A stretch of 64,000 bases of DNA from Candidatus Poribacteria bacterium (GTDB taxonomy: Bacteria; Poribacteria; WGA-4E; GCA-2687025). A program made the translations under genes and the position numbers. The notes below the pieces were generated by a model. That model saw nothing but the letters and a program-made list of their open reading frames with translations, was not told the origin of the DNA and searched no databases. Location: contig OY762492.1 of NCBI GenBank assembly GCA_963665845.2, positions 1,120,001 through 1,184,000 on the forward strand, in the 5' to 3' direction. How positions within the stretch are numbered: the stretch's first letter is position 1; each line of letters opens with the position of its first letter. Positions 19,650-28,712 of this stretch are shown here, piece after piece.

Positions 19650-21296
19650 TCACTCCTCCTCGCCGCTCGGCGACTGCCGTTTCAGACGCTCCTGTTCGTC
19701 GAAGCGGCGGAAGACCCGCTCAACCTCCTCGCGCGAATGGCGCTTGCGAACGGCGTTGTAAGCGTCCTGGGCATGCTGGGCGTCTCCCGCTTTGGCGAAG
19801 GCGCGCGCCATTCCCAGCAGCGCGTTCATGTAGCCTTCGGGCGTCGCCTCGGAGAGGGAGTATTCCATCTCAAACGCGCTCTGGTACGCCTTGGCGAAGT
19901 CGGTGTACGCTGCGGACATCTCCGCCTCTAGATTGGGCGGCGGAAGGGGAGGTTCCACGCCGCGCGGAGTTTCCGACAGCTCCGGGGCGTCGGGCTGGCG
20001 CTGCGGCGTCGCGGACGCTTCTGCAGGTTGAGGCTCCTGCGCTGCAGCTTCAGCCGCTGCGGCGTCGCGCTCTTCCCAGATGGACGGAACGGTTCTTTCT
20101 CCCCGCTCTAAACGTTCATAGAGACCGCGCGCTGCGCCGTTGAAGCCTATAGCGAACGCTTTCTGGTACTGGTCAGCCGCTTCATACAACATATCCAGAC
20201 GTTCATAGGCGACGCCAAGACCGAAATGCAAACTCGGATCAGAATGCAGACTGCCATCTTCCGGCAAAAGGAGTGTGATCGCCGCAACCATCTCTTCAGG
20301 ATAGGGTTCTGATAGATATCGGATCGTGGCGCTCACCGCATCCTCATCCCGCGGATGATGTTTGAGAAGACGCCGCGCCGATTCGATCGCATCGTCCAAA
20401 TCATTTGCCGCGCCAAGTTTGATCATCAGCGCGTCGCGGGAGGTCGGATCCTTTGCTAAAACGCGGTCCGCGTATTCCAACGCGTACTCATTCTCGTTTC
20501 TATCCCACCGCTCGTCAAGCTCAGATTCGCTTCCATAATACAGATATTTAGCGGCGGTCAGGTCGTCCATTCCTTCCACCAGAATCTCGATCACCGCCCG
20601 CGGCGTTCTTCCGTTCTCTTCGCGGTGTTCGACGCTTCCGTATCGGTTGTAGAAGTATTCGCGGATTCGGTTCTCTTTATCCGAAAGGCTTGGATCGCGC
20701 GGATCGTAGTTGGGATTGGACGGATCGGAGCCGTAGGAATGAGGCTTGCCCAGCGCAAAATCCCGCATCTCTTGAATATGCCCCTTCAGTTCTTCGCCGC
20801 TGTAGTTTCTCAGGAAGATGAAGTCTGTATGGAGCTCGCTGGCAATTGCGTCGTCGTCTTTGCCATCTTGGATCCGCTTCGTTCCGATCCAAACAAGCCA
20901 TTCATGTACCTGCGGATCGGACGCGCGCGCATTGTGAATGTACAGCAGCGTCAGATGGATCGCAAGCCGCTCGCTTGGGTCGGAAGACGCCCATTCCTCC
21001 AATAACCGGATCCACTCTTCGGGCAGGTCGTCCGCGTCATCGTCGAATCCTGTTTGCGTGATTTCGCGATAGGCGTCCATCCATGCTTTCACCTTCTCGG
21101 CGTCGGCGCCTTGGACAAGCTCATGCTGCGGCTCGGATCCGGACGCGCCTTTCGGGTTGTCTGTTGTATTGGACGAAGCAGGATCGTCCGCGCGGAAAAG
21201 AATTGCCGCCGCAACCGCCAAAGCGGCCAGCAAGACAGCGCCGACAAGCAGCGCGAGGCGCGCCCTGCGGTATGATGAGCGTTGCGTCGTTTTCAT
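19650..21296 (-). CDS. Membrane-anchored TPR-like protein, paralog D (chimera of C-type and A-type blocks)
   Basis: ENRIREYFYNRYGSVEHREE as in C; YYGSESELDERWDRNE...NLEAEMSAAYTDF as in A. Confidence 0.75.
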   Translation of the reverse strand: MKTTQRSSYRRARLALLVGAVLLAALAVAAAILFRADDPASSNTTDNPKGASGSEPQHELVQGADAEKVKAWMDAYREITQTGFDDDADDLPEEWIRLLEEWASSDPSERLAIHLTLLYIHNARASDPQVHEWLVWIGTKRIQDGKDDDAIASELHTDFIFLRNYSGEELKGHIQEMRDFALGKPHSYGSDPSNPNYDPRDPSLSDKENRIREYFYNRYGSVEHREENGRTPRAVIEILVEGMDDLTAAKYLYYGSESELDERWDRNENEYALEYADRVLAKDPTSRDALMIKLGAANDLDDAIESARRLLKHHPRDEDAVSATIRYLSEPYPEEMVAAITLLLPEDGSLHSDPSLHFGLGVAYERLDMLYEAADQYQKAFAIGFNGAARGLYERLERGERTVPSIWEERDAAAAEAAAQEPQPAEASATPQRQPDAPELSETPRGVEPPLPPPNLEAEMSAAYTDFAKAYQSAFEMEYSLSEATPEGYMNALLGMARAFAKAGDAQHAQDAYNAVRKRHSREEVERVFRRFDEQERLKRQSPSGEEE

Positions 21297-21337
21297 TCCT
21301 TTGACCGTTCCAGACCGCATTTACGGCGTCTAAGAAC

Positions 21338-21366
21338 AGCATAACGCTTTGACGCTAGAGCCGCAA
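21338..21366 (-). promoter_or_regulatory. Putative sigma70 promoter of paralog D
   Basis: TTGCGG-N17-TATGCT. Confidence 0.55.
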
Positions 21367-21371
21367 GCCGC

Positions 21372-21815
21372 TCACTCCTCCTCGCCGCTGTCCTCCTCGT
21401 CGTCATCGCTCGGCGACTGCCGTTTCAGACGCTCCTGTTCGTCGAAGCGGCGGAAGACCCGCTCAACCTCCTCGCGCGAATGGCGTTTGCGCACGGCGTT
21501 GTAAGCGTCTTGGGCATGCTGGGCGTCGCCCGACTTGGCGAAGGCGCGCGCCATGCCTAGCAGCGCGTTCATATAGCCTTCGGGCGTCGCCTCGGAGAGG
21601 GCGTACTCCATCTCAAACATGCTTTGGTACGCCTTCGCAAAGTCGGCGTATGCCGAGGACATCTCCGCCTCTAAGTTGGACGGCAGGGAGTGACGCTCGT
21701 CCTTCGGCGCAATCGGCTCCAGAGCGGCGATCGCTTCCTCCGGGAAAGCGTAATTAAGAGAGGGACCTGCGTAACGCATCGCTTTTTTATCGTTTGGATA
21801 CAGCTCTATGAGCTT
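21372..21815 (-). pseudogene. Truncated, internally deleted fifth paralog (E)
   Basis: KLIELYPNDKKAMRYAG...FPEEAIAAL...HSLPS is joined directly to NLEAEMSSAYADF and the intact C-terminal domain; no leader or TM. Confidence 0.75.
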
Positions 21816-21892
21816 GCCGTCAGAGGGCGCAGGTTGAAATGCCGCCCATTGAGGCGTATAGTTTTAGGCGCGGCAGGGAAGCGGAGCGTCTT

Positions 21893-23392
21893 ATGGCGAT
21901 AGGATCGCGCGGGCAGCAGACGGCGCTGGATTCGGTTTTGGCGTATACGGAGTCGACGCAGGCGGACGCGCGGCTCATCGAGGCGGACATCTGGGGGAGT
22001 CAGGCGCATGCGCTCATGCTGGCGCGTCAGGGCGTCGTCTCGGACGCGGACGCGCGCGGCATTTTGGCGGCATTGAACGAGGCAAAGGCGGACGCGCAGG
22101 CGGGCAAGCTCACCTTAGACCCCGCCCTGGAAGATGTCCATATGAACGTCGAGGCGTATGTGACGCGCGCCGCCGGACCTGAAGCCGGCGGCAAACTCCA
22201 CACGGCGCGCTCGCGCAACGATCAGGTGTTGACCGACGCGCGCATCGCGGCAAGGGAGGGCGTCTTGAAAACGGAGCGGGCGGCGGCTCGGCTTGCGTCC
22301 GCGTTTTTATCCGTTGCCGAACGTCTGGGCGGCGCCGTCATGCCGGGATACACCCACACGCAGCATGCGCAGCCGATTTCGCTCGGTTTCTGGGCGACCG
22401 CATACGCCGCGCTTTTCATAGAAGACCTGCGCCGTCTAAACGAAGCGTATCGAACGGCGAACCGATCCCCGCTTGGAGCGTGCGCGCTGGCGGGCTGCAG
22501 CTTTCCAATCGACCGCCAATTGACCGCCGACCTTCTCGGCTTTGACAGCGTCGACATGCATGCGCTCGCCGTTGTGTCCGACCGCAGCTTTATCTTGGAG
22601 CCGATGTTTGCGTTGACGGCGCTGATGACGAACCTGTCGCGCCTCTCGGCGGAGATTGTCTACGGGACATCGTATGAGTTCCGCCTCTTCACGCTGGACG
22701 ACCGCCTTGCGCTCGGCAGCTCCATCATGCCTCAAAAGAAAAATCCGGACATTGCGGAGCTGGCGCGCGGGCGGACAGGAAATCTGATTGGCGGTTTGAC
22801 AGGGCTGTTCGCGTCGTTGAAGGGGCTGCCTCTCGGTTACCACCGCGATCTGCAGGAGGACAAGCCGCCGTTGTGGGCGGGTTTGGACGCCGCCTCTTCG
22901 TCCGCCGACATTCTGGCGGAGGCGGTTGAGACGATGCAGTTTCACACGGAGCGGATGCGCGATCTGGTCTACGCAAACTTTTCATCGGCGACGGAGCTGG
23001 CAAACTTTTTGGCGCGGGAGCGGGGCGTTCCGTTTCGGGAGGCGCATCATTTGACAGGCGGGCTGGTCGCCTCGCTGGCGGAGCGCGGTTTGGATTTTCG
23101 GGATCTGGACGCTTGCGGCGTTTATCTTTTAGAGCGAGGTCATGATATTGAGGCGGAGACGCTGGCGGACATCTTAGACCCGTCCGAAGCGGTAAAACGA
23201 AACATGAGCGCGGGCGGAACGTCGCCGTCGTCGGTTGAGGCGATGCTGGCGGAGCAGCGCCGTTTTTTAAAGGAACATGCGGAGTCGGTTTTGTCTAGAG
23301 AAAGCCGTATCGAGTCGGCGCGCCGCCGGACGGAGAAAACGGTTGAACGCGTACTCAACGGGATGTCGGCGCGGGAGGCGTTGAACGCATGA
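21893..23392 (+). CDS. argH: Argininosuccinate lyase
   Basis: EDVHMNVE; KLHTARSRNDQV; MPGYTHTQHAQP; SPLGACALAG; GSSIMPQKKNPD; YHRDLQEDK. Confidence 0.96.
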   Translation: MAIGSRGQQTALDSVLAYTESTQADARLIEADIWGSQAHALMLARQGVVSDADARGILAALNEAKADAQAGKLTLDPALEDVHMNVEAYVTRAAGPEAGGKLHTARSRNDQVLTDARIAAREGVLKTERAAARLASAFLSVAERLGGAVMPGYTHTQHAQPISLGFWATAYAALFIEDLRRLNEAYRTANRSPLGACALAGCSFPIDRQLTADLLGFDSVDMHALAVVSDRSFILEPMFALTALMTNLSRLSAEIVYGTSYEFRLFTLDDRLALGSSIMPQKKNPDIAELARGRTGNLIGGLTGLFASLKGLPLGYHRDLQEDKPPLWAGLDAASSSADILAEAVETMQFHTERMRDLVYANFSSATELANFLARERGVPFREAHHLTGGLVASLAERGLDFRDLDACGVYLLERGHDIEAETLADILDPSEAVKRNMSAGGTSPSSVEAMLAEQRRFLKEHAESVLSRESRIESARRRTEKTVERVLNGMSAREALNA

Positions 23393-24120
23393 AAGACCGA
23401 ATCAGAGACCGAATCATTGTGCCGTTGGACGCGCCCGATCTGGAGTCGGCGCGGCGTCTGTTGGAGCGTCTAGACGGCTGCGCGTCCGTTTTGAAGGTCG
23501 GCAAGGAGCTGTTCACGGCGGCGGGTCCGGCGGCGGTAGAGCTGGCGCGGCGGCATGGCGCGCGCGTTTTTTTGGATTTGAAATACCATGACATTCCGAA
23601 CACGGTTGCGGGCGCTGTCAAGGCGGCGGCAAGGCTCGGCGTCTGGATGATGAACGTTCATGTCTCCGGCGGGCGCGCCATGATGGAGGCGGCGCGCGGC
23701 GCGCTGGACAGCCTTAACCTAAACCCGACCCCTCTGCTCATCGGCGTCACCGCGCTGACAAGCCTGGACGAACGGCAGTGGCGCGAGGTGTATGGAGACG
23801 GAGCCGCCGCGTTAGACAAGCAGGCGGCGCGGATGGCGCGCCTTGCGGTAGAGGCGGGGCTGGACGGCGTCGTCGCCTCGCCGCTGGAGCTGAAAGCGGT
23901 TCGACGGGCGGGCGGGTCTGATATGGTTATCGTAACGCCCGGCGTCCGCCCCATCGGTTCCGACGCGCATGATCAGCGGCGCGTCGCGACGCCCAGTGAG
24001 GCGGTCGCCGACGGCGCGGATTATCTCGTCATCGGCCGCCCCATCGCGCAGAGCGACGATCCGCCCGCGGCGATGGAGCGCATCTTGACCGAAATCGCGG
24101 CGTCTCCGCCGTCGGATTAA
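23389..24120 (+). CDS. pyrF: Orotidine-5'-phosphate decarboxylase
   Basis: FLDLKYHDIPNTV; VTPGVRP; DQRRVATP; YLVIGRPI. Confidence 0.97.
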   Translation: MKDRIRDRIIVPLDAPDLESARRLLERLDGCASVLKVGKELFTAAGPAAVELARRHGARVFLDLKYHDIPNTVAGAVKAAARLGVWMMNVHVSGGRAMMEAARGALDSLNLNPTPLLIGVTALTSLDERQWREVYGDGAAALDKQAARMARLAVEAGLDGVVASPLELKAVRRAGGSDMVIVTPGVRPIGSDAHDQRRVATPSEAVADGADYLVIGRPIAQSDDPPAAMERILTEIAASPPSD

Positions 24121-24125
24121 AACGC

Positions 24126-24944
24126 ATGCGCGTCGTCTTTATCGGCAGACGAACAGGGTTCAACAACGGCGCCGCCCGCTGGCTTTCCGAGCGGTACGAT
24201 CTCCGCGCCGTTTTTTATATTGAAGAAGGATGGAACCTGCGCAAAAACCGCGTCCGCGCCGTGCGGAAACGGGCAAAGCGGGTCGGCTGGGCGCGTCTAA
24301 CGGACGAGCTGCTGTTTTACGGTTACTATCTGCGCCGATACGGGCGCGGAGACGAGCGGCTTTGGCATGAGCGGCTGCCGGCGGCGTTTCAGAATCCGCC
24401 GCCTGTAGACGCGCCGACCCATTCATGCGCGGACATTCACGCGCCGCGCCGGCTGGATGAGATCGCCGCATGCGAGCCGGACATCCTTTTCAGCGTCTGC
24501 GCGAAGACGATTTTCAAACCTGCGCTGTTTAACCTGCCGAAGATGGGCATGTTCATCCTGCATGAGGGCGTCACGCCCGAATACCGCGGGCTTCATACCG
24601 CCGGCTGGGCTTTGCTTCAGGGGGAGCCGCAGTATGTCGGCTATTCGCTTTTGAAGGCGGAGAAAGGCATCGACACGGGACCGATCCTGTGTCAAGGCGC
24701 CTTGCCGGACGCGGCGGAATGGGGGTTTCATTGGCGTTTCATCGGGCATCAGGCGCTGGCGCATGGGCTGCCGGCGATGGAGGCGGCGCTGGACGCGCTT
24801 TATGCGAACGGGGGGCGTTTTGAGCCTGTGTCTCAAGAGGGGCGCGTCTCCCGCAACTACAGCTGGATCGGCATGTCTGACTATCTGCGCTGTCGGCGGA
24901 ACCCGTCCACGCGCGCCCTGTTCCGCCGCTGGCGCAGCGGATGA
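24126..24944 (+). CDS. Formyltransferase-domain protein (Fmt/PurN-like), substrate unknown
   Basis: ILHEGVTPEYRG...WAL...GIDTGPIL matches the formyltransferase HxxxLPxYRG and DxGxI motifs. Confidence 0.75.
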   Translation: MRVVFIGRRTGFNNGAARWLSERYDLRAVFYIEEGWNLRKNRVRAVRKRAKRVGWARLTDELLFYGYYLRRYGRGDERLWHERLPAAFQNPPPVDAPTHSCADIHAPRRLDEIAACEPDILFSVCAKTIFKPALFNLPKMGMFILHEGVTPEYRGLHTAGWALLQGEPQYVGYSLLKAEKGIDTGPILCQGALPDAAEWGFHWRFIGHQALAHGLPAMEAALDALYANGGRFEPVSQEGRVSRNYSWIGMSDYLRCRRNPSTRALFRRWRSG

Positions 24945-24947
24945 GAG

Positions 24948-25133
24948 GGTAGCGCGCTTATACGGAGATATTTGCGGCGCCGCGTCCGATTCCCCCTTGA
25001 AAAGGGGGGCTAGGGGGTTTAAAGAACGGGGCGGCGACTGCGATGTCTTAAGATTCCCGCTTACGCGGGAATGACGACCGGCGGCGCAGACGCTTTAGAG
25101 TAAAAATGAAAATTCCCGCATGGGCGTACCGCC
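24948..25133. mobile_element. MITE-like element, family B
   Basis: Ends GGTAGCGCGCTTATACGG and (rc) GGCGGTACGCCCATGCGG; flanks GATGAGAG / AGTGAGAG (degenerate 8-bp duplication); internal C/G hairpin plus ATTCCC-N8-GGGAAT. Confidence 0.65.
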
Positions 25134-25154
25134 AGTGAGAGCGTCTTCTCGCGC

Positions 25155-26036
25155 TTAGAGCCTCCAGAGCATGAGAGCGCTGTCCGTGTCGCCGCTGGCA
25201 AAGCGCGTTCCGTCCGGCGAAAAGGCGGTTGCCGCAATCTGTCCGTCATGACCCTCTAAAGTGTCGGCGAGCGCGCCCGTGGACGGGTTCCAGAGCCGTA
25301 TCGTCTTGTCGCGGCTGCCGCTGGCGAGGCGCGTTCCATCCGGCGAAAAGGCGATCGCTTCAATCCAGCCGCGGTGGCCCTCCAACGCGCGCAGGTAGGC
25401 TCCGCTCTGGGCGTCCCAGAGATGAACTTTTTTATCTTTGCCTCCGCAGGCGGCGAACCGTCCGTCCGGCGAGAACGCCGTCGCCCGTATCCATTCGGTC
25501 AATCCGCCCAGCGTCCGCAGCGGCTTTCCCGTTTCAACGTCCCACGTTTGTACCGTACGGTCGCGCCCGCCGCTGACAATCTGCCGCCCGTCCGGCGAGA
25601 ACGCCGCCGAATACACCCTGCCGAGATGCCCCTCCAGCGTTCGAAGCAGCGCGCCGGTGTTGACGTTCCAGAGCCGTATCGTATGGTCTTCGCCGGCGCC
25701 GGCGATGACGCTTCCGTCGGGAGAGAAGGCGGCGGAGTAGGCGGTGAACCGCTGCCCCTCCAGCGCCTTGAGCCGTTCGCCTGTTTGAGCGTCCCAGAGC
25801 AGGACATCCCGATACTCGCCGGCGCTGACGATCATGCTCCCGTCGGGCGAATAGGCGGCGGCGTGAACGCGCCCCGCATGCCCAGTCAGCGCGCGGAGAA
25901 GCTCCCCCGTTTTGAGAGACCATACCCGTATGGTCGCGTCGCTGCTGGCGGTGAGAACCGCCTCCCCGTCGGGAGAGAACGCGGCGGCGTTGACGCCTCT
26001 TCGGTGTCCGGTATTGATGGATCGGTCTGGGTTCAT
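25155..26036 (-). CDS. WD40-repeat beta-propeller protein (about 7 repeats)
   Basis: Repeated GH..V..AAFSPDG..(L/I)ASG..D.TIRLW; likely start MNPDRS at 26036. Confidence 0.93.
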   Translation of the reverse strand: MNPDRSINTGHRRGVNAAAFSPDGEAVLTASSDATIRVWSLKTGELLRALTGHAGRVHAAAYSPDGSMIVSAGEYRDVLLWDAQTGERLKALEGQRFTAYSAAFSPDGSVIAGAGEDHTIRLWNVNTGALLRTLEGHLGRVYSAAFSPDGRQIVSGGRDRTVQTWDVETGKPLRTLGGLTEWIRATAFSPDGRFAACGGKDKKVHLWDAQSGAYLRALEGHRGWIEAIAFSPDGTRLASGSRDKTIRLWNPSTGALADTLEGHDGQIAATAFSPDGTRFASGDTDSALMLWRL

Positions 26037-26144
26037 GCGGCGTGTCTCTCTGGCATTTGAAACGGCGTTGATGGAAAGTATCGCATGCGGCGCGGCGTCG
26101 GACAAGCGGCGTCCGCTGTAGGCAGTATGTCTTGTTATTCCCGC

Positions 26145-26400
26145 ACAAGCGGGAATCCTAGCCGCTGTCTGAACTAGGATTGCCAAGATTGAAAGATTGC
26201 CAAGAGAATTCTGTGAGCCGCTCTCTTGGCAATCTTAATAATCCTCCAATCCGAGTTCAAACCCGCGCGCTTAAACCCCCCTGCCCCCCTTTTCAAGGGG
26301 GAGTTTTGAAACGCGGCGCCAAAACCGTCCGCGTTCACCCCAAACGTCCGGCGGCCCATAGCGTCATTCCCGCGCAAGCGGGAATCTTAGGCTCCGCAGA
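26145..26400. repeat. Composite intergenic repeat cluster: palindrome, long AT-rich hairpin (26166-26262), CCCCCTTTTCAAGGGGG hairpin, second palindrome
   Basis: The same module order recurs at 52619-52815. Confidence 0.85.
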
Positions 26401-26570
26401 TGCTGTCCATATCGTGTTCAGGTCAATGCCACCGTACGTTTTCGTCCGCTCGGCGTACCATATGGTACATCTCCGCCCCGCCTTTTTCTGAAAACCTGCG
26501 CATCTTGCGGCTTTCGGCGTTGGCATAGAATTTGCGTATCGTTTCAAAACTAGCGGCATAGGAAACGGCG

Positions 26571-27266
26571 ATGAAAAACTTGAAGCGAACGCTCGCAATG
26601 CTGGCGGCGGCAGCCTTGACCGCCAGCGCCTCGGCGGGAACGCAAACGTGGGATTTCTCCGACGGGCTGGACGAGTGGCGGTTCGTAACCTATCACCTAT
26701 GGGGTGGCTGGAAGAGCCGCACTACATGGATAACAACAAACGGAACGCTCCAGCAGAGCAATAAACGCGCCTGGACCGTCGCCGTTGTCGGCGAAGACCA
26801 TTGGGACAACTACACCGTCTCCGCCCGAATACGCATCGACGAGCCGTTCAACGCCGAGCCTGTCGGTCTCGTCTTCCGCGCCCGATTTTTGCCGGACAAC
26901 GAGTTCGTCTATTACGCTTTCAATATCGATCTGAATTACGAAAATATCAATTTATCGTACCGCCGCGGCGGCCAGACCACGACTATTATTCCCCCACCGT
27001 CCGACGATGAAAGCATCGTAGAGATTGGCAAATGGTACGACATCCGCGCGCATGTGAACGGCGGCCATTTCCAGTGCTACATCAACGACGCTTTAGAGTT
27101 TGAGTACACAGACGAGGATTACATCGCCCAAGGCGCTGTCGGCATCGTCAGCCAGTACTCCCTCGTCAGCATAGACGACCTCGCCGTCACAGGCGATAAC
27201 ATCGAAGGCGGGATGTTGACGGAACAATGGGCGCGACTCAAACTTCGCCAAAAGGAACGCTTATGA
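26571..27266 (+). CDS. Secreted DUF1080 / concanavalin-LamG-like beta-sandwich protein, copy 1
   Basis: Signal peptide ending ASA; W-D-F-S; WDNYTVSARIR; GLVFRA; GKWYDIR; YIND; GAVG; SIDDLAV; tail EQWARLK. Confidence 0.75.
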   Translation: MKNLKRTLAMLAAAALTASASAGTQTWDFSDGLDEWRFVTYHLWGGWKSRTTWITTNGTLQQSNKRAWTVAVVGEDHWDNYTVSARIRIDEPFNAEPVGLVFRARFLPDNEFVYYAFNIDLNYENINLSYRRGGQTTTIIPPPSDDESIVEIGKWYDIRAHVNGGHFQCYINDALEFEYTDEDYIAQGAVGIVSQYSLVSIDDLAVTGDNIEGGMLTEQWARLKLRQKERL

Positions 27267-27937
27267 ACGCTGTAAAGCGAACGCTCGCCGTTTTAACCGC
27301 CGCTGCAGTAACGGCAACCGCCTCGGCGGGGACGCAAACGTGGGATTTCTCCGGCGGACTTGACGGATGGATGATGGACGGCAAATGGGAGACGCGGGAC
27401 GGAACACTTGATTGCTACCATATCGTCACGAGCCAATACGCCTTTGTCGGCGAGGAGCGTTGGGACAATTACACGGTTGAGGCGAAAGTGCGGATCGATA
27501 AACCGCCGCATTTCTCTCACTTGGAGTGGGCGGGTCTCATCTTTCGAGCGCAGGTCGATTCGTGGAGGCGTTTTGATTGTTACGCTCTCCGTGTGAATCT
27601 GCTTTTCGATGAGGTTTGGCTCAACCACATAACCCGCCGCGGCGGCGGCACATCGACGGGAGGTTACAGCGTCCCCCTGAGAGCCGGCGCGCGGATAAAA
27701 TTGGGCGAATGGTTCACTCTCCGCGCGCATGTCAAGGGAACGCGCATACTCCTCTCCGTCAACAACATTCTGCATCTTGAAATATGGGATGATCAAATCG
27801 CCAACGGGCGCATCGGCTTCTATTCCGCCTCGTCCGCCAGCTTTGACGACCTGACCGTCACAGGAGAAAGCATCGAAGACCGCCTCCAACTGAACGGCAA
27901 ACTGGCGGCGCAATGGGCGCGGCTGAAACTCGATTGA
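27263..27937 (+). CDS. Secreted DUF1080/LamG-like protein, copy 2
   Basis: ATGA-coupled to copy 1; WDNYTVEAKVR; AGLIFRA; GRIGF; ASFDDLTV; tail NGKLAAQWARLKLD. Confidence 0.75.
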   Translation: MNAVKRTLAVLTAAAVTATASAGTQTWDFSGGLDGWMMDGKWETRDGTLDCYHIVTSQYAFVGEERWDNYTVEAKVRIDKPPHFSHLEWAGLIFRAQVDSWRRFDCYALRVNLLFDEVWLNHITRRGGGTSTGGYSVPLRAGARIKLGEWFTLRAHVKGTRILLSVNNILHLEIWDDQIANGRIGFYSASSASFDDLTVTGESIEDRLQLNGKLAAQWARLKLD

Positions 27938-27961
27938 GCCTTACCCAAAAGGAGAACGGCG

Positions 27962-28687
27962 ATGAAAAACTTGAAGCGAACGCTCGTCATGCTGACCGCG
28001 GCAGCCTTGACGTTCGGCGCCTCGGCGGAGGAGCGAATATGGAACTTCTCGAACGGTTTGGACGGGTGGCGGCTAAGCGGCGGCTGGGATACGAAGGGAG
28101 GAGTACTCCAGCAAACCGCGGACGACCGCCCCTACGCGTACGCGATCGTCGGAGAGTCCGACTGGGATGTTCGTTACATCTCGGCAAAAGTGCGCATTGA
28201 TGCGCCTTTTCGCGCAGACGATCAGCATAAAATCGGCGTTATCTTTCGCGCCAATTTCCCGCCGGATATCGGGCCTATCTTCCGCCCCAAGGTTCTGCCG
28301 GACAAGCATATCCGTTGCTACATATACGAATTATCGCCAAGAGATGATTTTACTTTCTTGATGACCGCCCGCATCCATGAACGGGGGGGAGTGTCCGGCG
28401 TCGGCAGAGGGGGACCCGTCCATGGCGGCATTGAACTGGAAAGCGGCGAATGGTACCAGATTAAAATCGTTCTTAAAGGCAAAAACATCGATTTCTTTAT
28501 CAACGAATCTTGGCAGCGGAGCGAAGATGAGGCGGACTATGTCGAGACAGGAGCTGTCGGCTTCTTTACTTTCTTCGCTAAAGCCAGCTTTGACGATCTG
28601 ATTGTGGAAGGGGAATACCTCCAAGGCGGCCGTTCTCAGCCGAACGGCAAACTGGCGGCGCAATGGGCGCGGCTGAAACTGGAGTGA
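27962..28687 (+). CDS. Secreted DUF1080/LamG-like protein, copy 3
   Basis: Signal peptide; IGVIFRA; GEWYQIK; GAVGF; ASFDDLIV; tail SQPNGKLAAQWARLKLE. Confidence 0.75.
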   Translation: MKNLKRTLVMLTAAALTFGASAEERIWNFSNGLDGWRLSGGWDTKGGVLQQTADDRPYAYAIVGESDWDVRYISAKVRIDAPFRADDQHKIGVIFRANFPPDIGPIFRPKVLPDKHIRCYIYELSPRDDFTFLMTARIHERGGVSGVGRGGPVHGGIELESGEWYQIKIVLKGKNIDFFINESWQRSEDEADYVETGAVGFFTFFAKASFDDLIVEGEYLQGGRSQPNGKLAAQWARLKLE

Positions 28688-28712
28688 GCCTTAACCAAAA
28701 AGGAAAACGGCG

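Noticed and set aside
14672-21296. Diversity-generating retroelement (TR/VR pair)
   Set aside because: No reverse transcriptase in the window; differences are block replacements and indels rather than adenine-specific substitutions, as far as can be seen by eye
25155-26036. WD40 protein as part of a defence (NACHT/TIR) system
   Set aside because: It is a stand-alone propeller with no NTPase or effector domain and no partner genes
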